Source: Thermoanaerobaculia bacterium (GTDB taxonomy: Bacteria; Acidobacteriota; Thermoanaerobaculia; Gp7-AA8). From it: 64,000 nt of DNA. The DNA is taken from assembly GCA_035996815.1 (NCBI GenBank), contig DASYJF010000114.1:70786-134785 (forward strand), in the 5' to 3' direction. How positions within the stretch are numbered: position 1 is the first letter of the stretch; every line of letters starts with the position of its first letter. Below the pieces are notes generated by a model. The model saw only the letters and a program-made list of their open reading frames with translations. It was not told the origin of the DNA and searched no databases. Positions 34,523 to 44,095 of the stretch are shown here, piece by piece. The translations under genes were made by a program, and so were the position numbers.

Positions 34523-35281
34523 TCAGCGCGGAATGAAGAGGAGCAGGTCGAGGCTGAACGTGACGCGCATCGGCTCCACGCGTTCGATTTCGCGCGGCCG
34601 GTAGATCGAAAGCAGAACGTCGTGGACGGCGTCGCGATCGAGGTCGTCGGTCGTCGTCGCACGGTGCTGATCGATGAAGGCGAAGTCGTTCGCGAATGTT
34701 TCGATGGTGCGCTGCACACGATCGCGTCCCGCGCCGCGCAGCTCGACGAGATCGTCCGGCGCAGGGATGGCGACGAGAAGTTTTCCATCGTCGCGAAGCA
34801 CGCGCCGGAACTCGCTGCTGTTCATGCGCGCCGTGATGGTTAGCACGCGCGTGAACGTGGCGTCGCCGTACGGAATGAAGCGATCGGCGTTCGCCACGAT
34901 CCATTCGCAATCGGGATAACGCTTCGCAGCGGCTTCGATCGCGAGGAGAGAGATATCGACGCCGTGCGCATCGCAGTCGAGCGAGCCGAGGTAGAAGCCG
35001 TCGCCGCAGCCGGCGTCGAGGACGACATCGTCCGATTTGACGTTCGCCATCGTCTTGATCGCATCCAGCAAAGGCGAAGTCACGCCGCGATCGTGCAGAC
35101 GACGCCGTGCCGTCACCGCATCCGCCGTATCGCCGGGCTGTTTCGATCGCCGGTCCTGCGGCTGCAGCAGGTTGATGTAACCGCTGCGCGCGACGTCGAA
35201 TGAATGGCCGCGCGCGCAGATCACGCGTCGCTCCTCGCGCACGAGCGGCTGGTGACACGTGCGGACGGTGCAGAGCAACAT
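34523..35281 (-). CDS. rlmA: 23S rRNA (guanine745-N1)-methyltransferase RlmA-like (zinc-finger plus class I SAM methyltransferase)
   Basis: CxxC..C..H N-terminal zinc finger (LLCTVRTCHQPL...ICARGHSFD..GYINLL) and SAM-binding LDAGCGDGFY. Aligns with E. coli RlmA. Confidence 0.85.
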   Translation of the reverse strand: MLLCTVRTCHQPLVREERRVICARGHSFDVARSGYINLLQPQDRRSKQPGDTADAVTARRRLHDRGVTSPLLDAIKTMANVKSDDVVLDAGCGDGFYLGSLDCDAHGVDISLLAIEAAAKRYPDCEWIVANADRFIPYGDATFTRVLTITARMNSSEFRRVLRDDGKLLVAIPAPDDLVELRGAGRDRVQRTIETFANDFAFIDQHRATTTDDLDRDAVHDVLLSIYRPREIERVEPMRVTFSLDLLLFIPR

Positions 35282-35299
35282 GGCAACTACAATTGAATC

Positions 35300-36898
35300 A
35301 TGCACCGTTCCACGCGGCGCCTCCTCTGGCTCGTCGCGGGTCTGCTCCTGTTTCTGATTGCCTCGGCGTTGCTCTATCAGGCGGGCATGGCGCGGCTGGA
35401 AGGAAAGCCGCGCACGTTCTGGGACAGTTTCGAGTGGTCGGCCGAAACGCTGAGCACAACCGGCTACGGCGCCGACAGCCATTGGCGGCATCCGGCCATG
35501 GTGGTGCTGGTGGTCGTCGTGCAGTTCGCCGGCGTCTTTCTCGTCTTCCTGATCGTGCCGATTTTTCTGGTGCCGTTTCTCGAAGAACGATTCGAGCGCC
35601 GCGTGCCGCGCATCGCGCCCAAGATGGCCGATCACGTGATCGTCTATCGCTACGGACCAACGGTGGAGACGCTGCTGCAAAATCTGGCCGCGCACGACGT
35701 TGCCTCGATCGTCGTCGAGACCGACGAAAGCGCGGCGCGTGCCGTGCTCGAGCGAGGACTGCCGGCCGTTTTCAGCCGCGCCGAGGAGGACGCGCTCGAT
35801 GTGTGCCGGCTGCCGTTTGCGCGCGCGCTCGTTGCGAACGGACGCGACGAAGAAAACGCCGCGCTGATTCTGCGCGCCCGGCAGATGGGGTTTCGCGGCG
35901 AGATCTTCGCTTTCGTCGAAGAGCCGGCGCATCGGAAGCCGATGGAGCTGGCCGGCGCGACGGCCGCGTACACGCCGCGGCATATCGTCGCGGCAGCGCT
36001 GGCAGCGCACGCGAGCGATCGAATCAGTCCGCGGTTGCCAGGCGCCGAGGATCTTCCACTCGAACGGCGCGAAATCCGCGTCGCCGCAACGAGTCCGCTG
36101 GCCGGTCTCACGCTCGCTGCATCGAACCTCGGCGCGGCCAGCGGCGCGATCGTGGTCGGCCAATGGATTCGCAACCGGCTCCACGCGCGCTGCGATGCGG
36201 CGATGGTGATCGAGCCGGGCTCGATTCTGGAGATCGTCGGTGACACCGCCTCGCTCGATCGCGCCGCGGCGATGATCGGCAGCAACTTCCTTCGACGCAG
36301 CGGTCCATATCTGATCGCCGGATTCGGCGAAGTCGGCCGGAAGGTCCATGAGCTGCTCACCGATGCCGGCGAGGAAGTGCGCGTCGTCGAACGGCGGTCC
36401 GCGCCCGGCGTCGACATCGTCGGCAACGTACTCGATTCCTCGGTGCTGCAACGCGCGTCGCTGCACGAATGTCGCGCCGTCGTTCTGGCGCTGGACAGCG
36501 ACGACGCGACATTGTTTGCAACCGTCATCGCGCGAGACGCCGCGCCGGACGTACCGGTGATCGCACGCGTCAATCACTCGCGCAACATCGACAACATCTA
36601 CCGCGCCGGCGCCGACTTCGCCCTCTCCATCAGCGACATCTCCGGCGAGATGCTCTCCTCGCGCCTTCTCGGTCACGTCGCGCGCTCGCGCGACGAGCAC
36701 CGCCGCGTGGAACGTTTCGCCGCGCGTTCGACCCGCGCGCTGCGTGATGTCGGCTTGCGTAAGCAGGGCTGTTCGTTGCTCGCGATCGAGCGCGACGGCG
36801 CGTTCGTGTCTGCGACGGCGGACATGGTTCTGCAAATCGGAGATCAACTCTACGTTTGCGGAGCTGCCGACGCGGTGCGGGAAGTGGATTTGTCCTGA
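35300..36898 (+). CDS. 2-TM potassium channel with tandem RCK (TrkA-N/TrkA-C) domains (MthK-like)
   Basis: K+ selectivity filter TLSTTGYGAD. Two transmembrane helices. Two Rossmann-like RCK segments (AGFGEVGRKV...). Confidence 0.9.
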   Translation: MHRSTRRLLWLVAGLLLFLIASALLYQAGMARLEGKPRTFWDSFEWSAETLSTTGYGADSHWRHPAMVVLVVVVQFAGVFLVFLIVPIFLVPFLEERFERRVPRIAPKMADHVIVYRYGPTVETLLQNLAAHDVASIVVETDESAARAVLERGLPAVFSRAEEDALDVCRLPFARALVANGRDEENAALILRARQMGFRGEIFAFVEEPAHRKPMELAGATAAYTPRHIVAAALAAHASDRISPRLPGAEDLPLERREIRVAATSPLAGLTLAASNLGAASGAIVVGQWIRNRLHARCDAAMVIEPGSILEIVGDTASLDRAAAMIGSNFLRRSGPYLIAGFGEVGRKVHELLTDAGEEVRVVERRSAPGVDIVGNVLDSSVLQRASLHECRAVVLALDSDDATLFATVIARDAAPDVPVIARVNHSRNIDNIYRAGADFALSISDISGEMLSSRLLGHVARSRDEHRRVERFAARSTRALRDVGLRKQGCSLLAIERDGAFVSATADMVLQIGDQLYVCGAADAVREVDLS

Positions 36899-36899
36899 G

Positions 36900-37140
36900 G
36901 CCGCTGCAAGCGGGCGTGGTCGCGCGCGGAGGCGCGCTTAAGAATGCAGCCCCGCGCTCTGCGCGGGGTTTGGTAAGCCGCCCGAATGCGGCGGCCGCGG
37001 AGGCGGCCGCCACACGGTTCGCGCGGCACGAGCATTTTGTAGTGGCCGCCTCCGCGGCCACGAACTTTCTTCACACCGGTTTCCCCCGCGCAGAGCGCGG
37101 GGCTGGATTGCGGAGCGCGCCTCCGCGCGCGACCGATTTG
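36900..37140. repeat. interspersed repeat family B copy (inverted relative to 14330-14465)
   Basis: Shared GCGCGCGGAGGCGCGC / GGCCGCGGAGGCGGCC / CAGAGCGCGGGGCTGGATTG blocks. Confidence 0.7.
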
Positions 37141-37200
37141 GGGCGAGGTTGAGATACGCAACCGGCCCGGACCTTGCTCTGAACGCCGCAGGAGGACGTG

Positions 37201-37467
37201 ATGAACGTCAAATCGCCGACTCACCAGACGCTGAAGCGATTGATTCCGCCGCTAACGGTGTGGGCCATCGGCAAGATTCTCGAGACGCCTCGCGTCAAGG
37301 GCAGCGTGATGCAGTTGGACGGCGTCGCGTACAAACAGCGGCATAACGCGGCGCGGTCGATCAAGCGCAGCGTGAAGAACGCGAAATCGAATTCCTCCTG
37401 GCTCGCCGCCGGCGCCGCAGCGATCGTCATCGGCCTCGGGTTGATGACGAAGGCGACGCGGAAGTGA
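37201..37467 (+). CDS. small protein with C-terminal TM helix (DUF4235-like, commonly found next to yihY)
   Basis: AGGAGG ribosome-binding site 6 nt upstream. C-terminal WLAAGAAAIVIGLGL helix. Family assignment is from memory of genomic context, not a motif. Confidence 0.5.
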   Translation: MNVKSPTHQTLKRLIPPLTVWAIGKILETPRVKGSVMQLDGVAYKQRHNAARSIKRSVKNAKSNSSWLAAGAAAIVIGLGLMTKATRK

Positions 37468-37473
37468 CATCCG

Positions 37474-38541
37474 CTACGGCGTGAATAGCTTCTTCATCGA
37501 TTTCACCAACACGATCGTCGCGCTGATGCCGCCGACCAGTGCGCCGATCAACAGTCCGGCCACGCCTCCCGCGGCCATCTTCGCAATCCCTGCTCCGCCG
37601 CCGCCTTTCGACGGCGCGGTCTTGTAGACGACCACCGGCTTGGCGACAGGCGCCGGCGTCTGTTCCTCTTTCTCCTTCGCGGTCCGCTTCGCGTCGGCTT
37701 CCGCTTTCAGGCTGCCGTGCGAGCGCGCGTAGACCTGCGTGAATTCAGCGCCGAAGAGGAGGATCTGTGCGGAGTAGTAGACCCAGAGCAGGACCAGGAC
37801 TAGCGAGCCGGCCGCGCCGAAGCTCGATCCGACCGCGCTCTTCGCGAAGTAGATGCCGAGCGCAAACTTGCCGAGTACGAAGAGGATCGACGTCAGCGCC
37901 GCGCCGAGCCAGACGTCGCGCCATTCGATTTTCAAATCGGGAAGAAGCCGGAAGATCCCGGCCATCAGCACCGTGATCACGCAAAACGAGAACGCCATCT
38001 CAACGATGTGCCAGAGCGCTTCGCCGCCGGGAAGGTGGCTGCCGGCGTACTTGCCCATCGCGGCAATGGCGGTGTCGATCACAAGCGAAACCAGGAGCAG
38101 GAAGCCGAGGCCGAAGACCATGGCGAAGGAAAGGAAACGGTCCTTGACCATTCCCATGATTCCGCGCCCTTCTTTCGGCTTCACATCCCAGATCGTGTTG
38201 AGCGCGTCCTTGAGCTGACCGAAAACGCCAGACGCACCGAAGAGCAGGGTCACGATGCCGAGGATCGTGGCGATCATGCCGCTCTTCGGCTTGGCGGCGT
38301 TCTTCACCATGTCCTGCACGCCCGCGGCAGTGTTGGCTCCGAGCACGCCGTGGAGCTGCTCGAAAATCTTGTTCTGCGCGGCGTCGTGTCCGAAAACCAG
38401 GCCGGCGATGGCGATGACGATCAACAGCAGCGGCGCCAGCGAAAAGATCGTGTAGTAGGCCAGCGCCGCGCCGAGGCGCGGCACTTTGTCCCCGCTGAAT
38501 TCGTTGATGGTTTGTTTGAAAAGTCCCAGGTATTTCTTCAT
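37474..38541 (-). CDS. YihY/BrkB-family inner membrane protein
   Basis: GAALAYYTIFSLAPLL N-terminal signature and 6-TM topology of the YihY (formerly ribonuclease BN-annotated) family. Confidence 0.85.
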   Translation of the reverse strand: MKKYLGLFKQTINEFSGDKVPRLGAALAYYTIFSLAPLLLIVIAIAGLVFGHDAAQNKIFEQLHGVLGANTAAGVQDMVKNAAKPKSGMIATILGIVTLLFGASGVFGQLKDALNTIWDVKPKEGRGIMGMVKDRFLSFAMVFGLGFLLLVSLVIDTAIAAMGKYAGSHLPGGEALWHIVEMAFSFCVITVLMAGIFRLLPDLKIEWRDVWLGAALTSILFVLGKFALGIYFAKSAVGSSFGAAGSLVLVLLWVYYSAQILLFGAEFTQVYARSHGSLKAEADAKRTAKEKEEQTPAPVAKPVVVYKTAPSKGGGGAGIAKMAAGGVAGLLIGALVGGISATIVLVKSMKKLFTP

Positions 38542-38586
38542 CTCTCGCTCCGAAAACAGATGTGCGGAGCAATGGATGTACCCGGT

Positions 38587-39060
38587 CTACTTCGGCATGT
38601 CGGAGTTGAAGATGTCGTCGACTGCCCACCACCGTCCATTCGATTTCTTCCAGAGCACCATGTACTTGCCGGCGTCTTTGATGGCTTGGCCGCTGGCGGG
38701 ACGAAGCGACAAATCGTAGCGGCCCGTCTCGACGGCGACGTCGCTGGAAGGCTGCGTCACGGTCTCGCTGGTCAGCGCGAGATCGACCGAACCGGTCGCG
38801 AGAAAGCCGGTCCAGAACTGCTGGATGGCGTCTCGTCCGCGCAACGCAGGCATATTCGGAGCCATGACTACGGCGTCGGGCGCGTAGAAGTTGTTGATCA
38901 ACGTTTGGGCATTTCCAGCGCGTGCGTTCGCCGCGAAATCGGCGTTGGCGCGGCGGATGGCGTTCTCGGCGTCACCGGCCGAATACTCCAAGGAGATGCG
39001 TGGGGATGAAGAACAAGCGGTGAGAATTGCGGCAGTGGTTGCCAAAATGAATCGCTTCAT
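38587..39060 (-). CDS. lipoprotein with SnoaL-like/DUF4440 (NTF2-fold) domain
   Basis: LTAC lipobox. FYAPDAVVMAPN...W..F...G is the NTF2-like pattern. A paralogue lies at 56416..56844. Confidence 0.6.
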   Translation of the reverse strand: MKRFILATTAAILTACSSSPRISLEYSAGDAENAIRRANADFAANARAGNAQTLINNFYAPDAVVMAPNMPALRGRDAIQQFWTGFLATGSVDLALTSETVTQPSSDVAVETGRYDLSLRPASGQAIKDAGKYMVLWKKSNGRWWAVDDIFNSDMPK

Positions 39061-39118
39061 GGCTCCTCCTTCGATGGATTACGGCGCCCAATGACGCGTG
39101 GATGACTACAATAGCGCC

Positions 39119-39547
39119 ATGCGCTCCCAACGTTCTGCTCTTGCGGCCGCTCTTCTCGCCGTCGTCATCGCTTGCCACAGTCCGACGTCGCCGACGGATG
39201 GCAAGGCGGGATCGGCAGGATCGGGAGAACACGGCCGGCTTTCGGGCGTCGTCACGATCGGTCCGAATTGTCCCGGCCCGCAGAACGACAGCAATCCATG
39301 TCCGACGCAGCCGTCCGCATACGCGGCGCGGAAGATCCAGGTGTGGGACGCGGCCAAGAAGAATTTGCTCTTCACGGTCGATATCGATTCGCAGGGGAGC
39401 TACCTGATCGATCTGACGCCTGCGACCTACATGATCGACGTGAAGGCGGCCGCAATGGACCACACGCTCGATCTGCCGAAGGTGGTCGACATTCACGCGA
39501 ACACGGTTACCCAGGTGGACGTGAACATCGACACCGGGCTGCGATAG
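39119..39547 (+). CDS. lipoprotein with carboxypeptidase-regulatory-like beta-sandwich domain
   Basis: Signal peptide with VIAC lipobox. GVVTIGPNCPGP...VWDAAKKNLLFTVDIDSQGSY resembles a CarbopepD_reg/Big-like fold. Confidence 0.5.
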   Translation: MRSQRSALAAALLAVVIACHSPTSPTDGKAGSAGSGEHGRLSGVVTIGPNCPGPQNDSNPCPTQPSAYAARKIQVWDAAKKNLLFTVDIDSQGSYLIDLTPATYMIDVKAAAMDHTLDLPKVVDIHANTVTQVDVNIDTGLR

Positions 39548-39615
39548 AAGCCTCGCAGGAAGCACAAAAAGGCCGGCATTACGCCGGCCTTTGTTGTCGC
39601 CGCGATCCGTGCCGC

Positions 39616-39891
39616 CTAAGCCTTCAGGTGCTTGCTGACCAGAGCAGTCATCTCGAACATCGAGACCTGCTTCTTGCCGTTGAAGATCTTCAGCAGCTTG
39701 TCGTCTGCGTTGATCATCCGCTTGTTGGTCTGGTCCTGAAGGCCGTTCGCCTTGATGTAGTCCCAAACCTTCTTGGTGATCTCGCTGCGCGGCATCGGGT
39801 TGCTGCCGACGATTGCCGCCAGATCGCTGCTCGGAGTTACTAACGCGGACAGCCCGCTGCCGCCGCTCTTCTTCTTGCTTGATGTCGCCAT
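39616..39891 (-). CDS. SWIB/MDM2-domain protein
   Basis: LSALVTPSSDLAAIVG...MPRSEITKKVWDYIKANGLQD matches the SWIB domain consensus. Confidence 0.8.
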   Translation of the reverse strand: MATSSKKKSGGSGLSALVTPSSDLAAIVGSNPMPRSEITKKVWDYIKANGLQDQTNKRMINADDKLLKIFNGKKQVSMFEMTALVSKHLKA

Positions 39892-40060
39892 TCGTTTGTT
39901 CCTCTCCTACTACGTTTTCGCGCGATTGTGCTCTACCGCACTCTCCGCGTCAAACGTCGATTTTCGGTGTGTATGCCGAAAGTCATGATGCGGACCCCGT
40001 TCTTCCTGCACATGCGGTGCCTCTCTCGCACGCCTAGATTGGGCGCCGAAGGAGATACCG

Positions 40061-40768
40061 ATGCACCAACAACCTCTCGTACGACTGCTCGACGTGACGC
40101 GAACCTATCCGCTGGGCCGCGTGAACGTGCGCGCGCTGACCGGCGTCTCGCTCGACATTGACCGCGGCGATTTTCTGGCGCTGGCGGGCCCGTCCGGCAG
40201 CGGCAAGACCACGCTGCTCAACCTCATCGGCTGTATCGACAAGCCGGACTCCGGACGGATTCTGATCGATGGAGTCGACGTCACGCCCGTTCCGCTCCAC
40301 CGTCTGGCAGCCACGCGACGCGACACACTCGGCTTCATTTTTCAGACCTTCAATCTGATTCCGGTGCTGACGGCGTACGAGAACGTCGAGTACCCGCTGC
40401 TGCTCCAGCATGTGCCGGCAGTGCAACGCCGCAAGCGCGTGCTCGATTGGCTGGAGCAGGTCGGACTGAGCGATCAGGCGCGCCAGCGTCCGGATCAGCT
40501 TTCCGGCGGACAGCGGCAGCGCGTGGCCATCGCGCGGGCGATGGCCGGCCAGCCGAAACTCGTCCTGGCCGACGAGCCGACCGCGAATCTCGACTCCGTC
40601 ACCGCCGCGAAGATTCTGGATTTGTTGGAAACGCTCAACGCCCGAACCCGCTGCACCTTCATCTTTGCCACGCACGATCCGGCGTTGATGTCGCGCGCCC
40701 AACGCTGCGTGCGCATGCACGATGGAGCGCTCGTAGACGAACCGCTGCTCGAAGCGCGCGCTTCCTAA
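40061..40768 (+). CDS. ABC transporter ATP-binding protein (LolD/MacB-like)
   Basis: Walker A GPSGSGKTT, signature LSGGQRQR, Walker B LVLADEPT. Confidence 0.9.
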   Translation: MHQQPLVRLLDVTRTYPLGRVNVRALTGVSLDIDRGDFLALAGPSGSGKTTLLNLIGCIDKPDSGRILIDGVDVTPVPLHRLAATRRDTLGFIFQTFNLIPVLTAYENVEYPLLLQHVPAVQRRKRVLDWLEQVGLSDQARQRPDQLSGGQRQRVAIARAMAGQPKLVLADEPTANLDSVTAAKILDLLETLNARTRCTFIFATHDPALMSRAQRCVRMHDGALVDEPLLEARAS

Positions 40769-40778
40769 AGGAACCGAC

Positions 40779-41993
40779 ATGCTCACCAAACTTGCCCTTC
40801 GCAACGTCTTCCGCAACCGCCGCCGCTCGGCCATCACGCTGCTCGTCATCGTCTTCGGCGCGGTCGGTCTGATCCTCTTCGGCGGCTACAAAGCCATCAC
40901 CTTCCACGGCCTGCGCGAGAGCACTATCCGCAACCGGCTGGGACATCTGCAGATCTACAAAGCCGGGTTTGAGCGCGCCGAGGCCAAGAAGCCGCTCGAA
41001 TACGGATTGGAGGATGTCGCGCAACTCCGGCGCGCCATCCAGTCGGATAAGCGAGTGCGCATGACCACCGCCCAGATCACGCTCATGGGTCTGGTCAGCA
41101 ACGGCGACAAGTCCGAAACGTTCATGGCTACCGGCGTCGAGCCGAAAGAGGACAAGGCCATGAATGCGCAGCGCCTCGTCTCCGGCACCGATCTCCCCGC
41201 CAACGAATCTGACGCCGTCATCCTCGGGCGCGGTCTTGCCGCATCGATGCACGCGAAGCCCGGCGATTACCTGACGCTGATGTCGACGACGACTTCAGGC
41301 TCGCTCAACGCGATCGACGTGCGCGTGGCCGGCATTTTCATGAGCGGCGTGAAGGAGTATGACGACCGCGCCATCAAGATGCCGCTGGCCGGCGCGCAGC
41401 AACTGCTCCAGACAACGAAGGTCGAGCGGCTGCTGGTCATGCTCAATGACACCGACGACACCGCCTCCGTCCGCGCGGACCTCACCACGCTCTTCGCGAA
41501 GAATCATTGGGCCCTGGAGATGAAGGATTGGTCGCAGCTCGCGACCTTCTACCACCAGGTCGTGGCGCTCTATAACGGCATCTTCGGCTTCATCGGGATG
41601 GTCGTCTTCGCGATCGTGATTTTCAGCGTCGCCAACACGATCGTGATGTCCATTTTCGAGCGGACGCGCGAGATCGGCACGATGATGGCCATCGGCACGA
41701 CGCGAGCGCGCATTTTGAGACTCTTCCTGGCCGAGGGGCTGATGATTGGCGTGATCGGCGGCGTGGCCGGGCTGCTGTTTGGCTTCGGCATCTCCAACCT
41801 CATCAACCGCGTGCACATCATGCTTCCGCCGCCGCCCGGCTACACGCAGGGCTACCCGCTGCGCGTGATGCTGCAGCCCGGCATCCTCATCACCGCCTTC
41901 CTCATCGCCGTCATCACCTCGACGCTGTCGTCGATCCTCCCCGCGCTCAAAGCGTCGCGGCTGAAGATCGTTGATGCGCTGGGACATATCTGA
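40779..41993 (+). CDS. ABC transporter permease, FtsX/LolC/LolE-like
   Basis: N-terminal TM, large periplasmic loop, C-terminal FtsX-like 3-TM bundle. Confidence 0.85.
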   Translation: MLTKLALRNVFRNRRRSAITLLVIVFGAVGLILFGGYKAITFHGLRESTIRNRLGHLQIYKAGFERAEAKKPLEYGLEDVAQLRRAIQSDKRVRMTTAQITLMGLVSNGDKSETFMATGVEPKEDKAMNAQRLVSGTDLPANESDAVILGRGLAASMHAKPGDYLTLMSTTTSGSLNAIDVRVAGIFMSGVKEYDDRAIKMPLAGAQQLLQTTKVERLLVMLNDTDDTASVRADLTTLFAKNHWALEMKDWSQLATFYHQVVALYNGIFGFIGMVVFAIVIFSVANTIVMSIFERTREIGTMMAIGTTRARILRLFLAEGLMIGVIGGVAGLLFGFGISNLINRVHIMLPPPPGYTQGYPLRVMLQPGILITAFLIAVITSTLSSILPALKASRLKIVDALGHI

Positions 41994-41995
41994 AT

Positions 41996-42106
41996 TGGGA
42001 GTGGGGAGTTGGGGGTGGGGAGTGGGAGCAGACCCCGGCGTGAGGCGCGTGCGCTGTTGATTTTGCCTCTGCTGCCACACCCCACACCCAACTCCCCATA
42101 CCCCGG
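41996..42106. repeat. G-tract/C-tract hairpin repeat family C (GGGAGTGGGGAGTTGGGGGTGGGGAGTGGGAG ... CCACACCCCACACCCAACTCCCCATACCCC)
   Basis: Imperfect inverted repeat with at least 6 consecutive G3-5 tracts. A second copy is at 48714-48800. Confidence 0.8.
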
Positions 42107-42114
42107 AGAAAAAA

Positions 42115-42825
42115 ATGAAACGACTCATTGCCCTCGCATTTCTCTTCGCCCTGCCGTTGATCGCTGACGAGAAAGCCGCATCCGTCCTGGCGCGCGCCGA
42201 CGTCTTCCGCAATCCGATCGAGAGCTTCTCCGTCGACGTCGAGCTGACCTCATTCGCAACCGGCGGGAAAACTGACACGTCGCGCTTTCGGGTCTTCGGA
42301 AGAGGGAGTGACCGAAGCGTCGTCGAGTTCACCTTTCCGCAGACGGAGAAGGGCAAGTACCTGCTGATGCTGCGCGACGCGATGTGGATCTACATCCCGA
42401 CCGCCAGCCGGCCGATCCGCATCTCGCCGTTGCAACGGCTCATGGGACAGGCCTCGAACGGCGATGTGGCGCGCACGAGTTTCACCGTCGATTACAACGC
42501 GACAGCGGTGGCCGAGGATGGCGACGCATTCGTCATCGACCTCGTGGCCAAGGATCCATCCGTCGCCTACAACCGCGTGCGGCTGTGGATCGACAAGCAG
42601 TCGTACGAGCCGCGCCGTGCGGACTTTTACGTCGTCTCCGGAAAATTGATCAAGCGCGCAACCTACAAGGCGTACGGAACGATGGCAGGCCGGCGCGTGG
42701 TGACGGAGATCGAGATCGACGATCTGCTGCGCCCGGGCAACCGCACTGTGATGCGCTACGCGAACCTGACGCCAAAAGAAAACGCCGAGAAGATGTTCAC
42801 GAAGGACGCGCTGGGCAAATGGTAA
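42115..42825 (+). CDS. outer-membrane lipoprotein-sorting (LolA-fold-like) protein
   Basis: Signal peptide and size and context typical of the family. Follows the LolD/LolC-like ABC pair. Confidence 0.7.
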   Translation: MKRLIALAFLFALPLIADEKAASVLARADVFRNPIESFSVDVELTSFATGGKTDTSRFRVFGRGSDRSVVEFTFPQTEKGKYLLMLRDAMWIYIPTASRPIRISPLQRLMGQASNGDVARTSFTVDYNATAVAEDGDAFVIDLVAKDPSVAYNRVRLWIDKQSYEPRRADFYVVSGKLIKRATYKAYGTMAGRRVVTEIEIDDLLRPGNRTVMRYANLTPKENAEKMFTKDALGKW

Positions 42826-42860
42826 AGCGATCGCCGATCGTGGCGCGCCGTTGGCGGCTG

Positions 42861-43005
42861 GAACGCTGGCGTCTCGCCGGCTGGCTCGGCGGCGTCCTCG
42901 CCGCCGAAGGGGAGGCTTGCGCAGGCGTTGCGGTATCAGCGAATGTCGAGGGTTCGGCGGTTCGGCGGCGAGACGCCGCCGAGCCAGCCGGCGAGGACGC
43001 CAGCG
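42861..43005. repeat. MITE-like repeat family A copy
   Basis: Terminal inverted repeats match those of 14479-14629 and 21737-21880. Confidence 0.8.
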
Positions 43006-43010
43006 CTCCG

Positions 43011-44090
43011 TTGCGCAAAATCGCCGTTGGCGCGTTCATCTTCATGGTCGCCACGACATCGTTGCGTGCCGAAACCTTCAAATTCTTCGGCTCCGCCGGC
43101 GCGGAATGGCAACTCACGCCCGCCAACGCCGCGTCGACATTGAACCCGCGCAACATTGCCGGCCTGCCGTACAGCAGCGGCTCCGGCGATGCCGTCGCCT
43201 CCCTCGACGCCGCGCCCGACAGCCGCGCGTGGAAGTTCCACCTCAAGCTGCGCGGCGATGCCGCCGAGGGTGGAGCGGAGCGGGCGGATGTCGGCGAAGC
43301 ATTCGTACAGCTCAATCCGAAACCGTGGCTCGACGTCACCATCGGACGCGTCATCGAAACGTGGGGCACCGGCTACGCCTGGAATCCGACCGCGTTCGTC
43401 AGTCCGAAAAAGAATCCTGCCGATCCGTCGGACCGCCGCTCCGCGAATGTCGGTGTGGACATGATCCGCACCGATCTTTTCATCCGCGGCACGAACGTTT
43501 CGCTCTACGCGCTGAATGACGGAGCCGTGGCAGGACGCGTCTACCGCCTCATTGCCGGCACCGACGTTTCGCTGCACTTTCGCCGCGACAGCGACGGCAC
43601 GCAGCAAGGCATCAGCGCCGCGCGCGTTTTCGGAGATGCCCTCGAACTGCACGGCGAGATCGCGCGGCGTCATGGACTGATCGGCGGCCAGTACACGTTC
43701 CGCGGAAACATCAACGTCGTCGCGGAGCTGTACCACGGCGGCGATGGACTCGACGAAAACGCGTTCCGTGCCTTTCGATCGGCCGCCGATTTCGCACACG
43801 ACGCCCAGACCTTTCGCGCGATCAACGCCGCCTATTCGCCGCTGCGCATGGCGCGCAACTACGGCTTCATCCGCGTCGACGTCCCGCACGACAAACTCGA
43901 CGTCGAGCTGATCGCCATCACGAATCTTCGCGACGGATCGCTGCTCGCGCGCGCTACGCTGTCGCTTCGCGTGCGTCCCAACGTCAGCATCTACGCCATC
44001 GACACCGAATTCGCCGGCGCGCGCGGCAGCGAGCTGTCGTACATGCAGGTGCGCCGCGTGACCACCGCCGGCGCGCGGGTGTATTTCTGA
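43011..44090 (+). CDS. putative outer-membrane beta-barrel protein
   Basis: Signal peptide (FIFMVATTSLRA). Alternating amphipathic beta-strand-like segments. C-terminal aromatic residue (..ARVYF). TTG/ATG start uncertain. The ORF part upstream (42384-43010) lies in the repeat and was rejected. Confidence 0.55.
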   Translation: MRKIAVGAFIFMVATTSLRAETFKFFGSAGAEWQLTPANAASTLNPRNIAGLPYSSGSGDAVASLDAAPDSRAWKFHLKLRGDAAEGGAERADVGEAFVQLNPKPWLDVTIGRVIETWGTGYAWNPTAFVSPKKNPADPSDRRSANVGVDMIRTDLFIRGTNVSLYALNDGAVAGRVYRLIAGTDVSLHFRRDSDGTQQGISAARVFGDALELHGEIARRHGLIGGQYTFRGNINVVAELYHGGDGLDENAFRAFRSAADFAHDAQTFRAINAAYSPLRMARNYGFIRVDVPHDKLDVELIAITNLRDGSLLARATLSLRVRPNVSIYAIDTEFAGARGSELSYMQVRRVTTAGARVYF

Positions 44091-44095
44091 ACGCG

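Noticed and set aside
34523-36847. 774-aa minus-strand ORF.
   Set aside because: Only the last 252 codons (RlmA) are real. The rest is antisense to a K+ channel gene with a canonical TTGYG filter and RCK domains.
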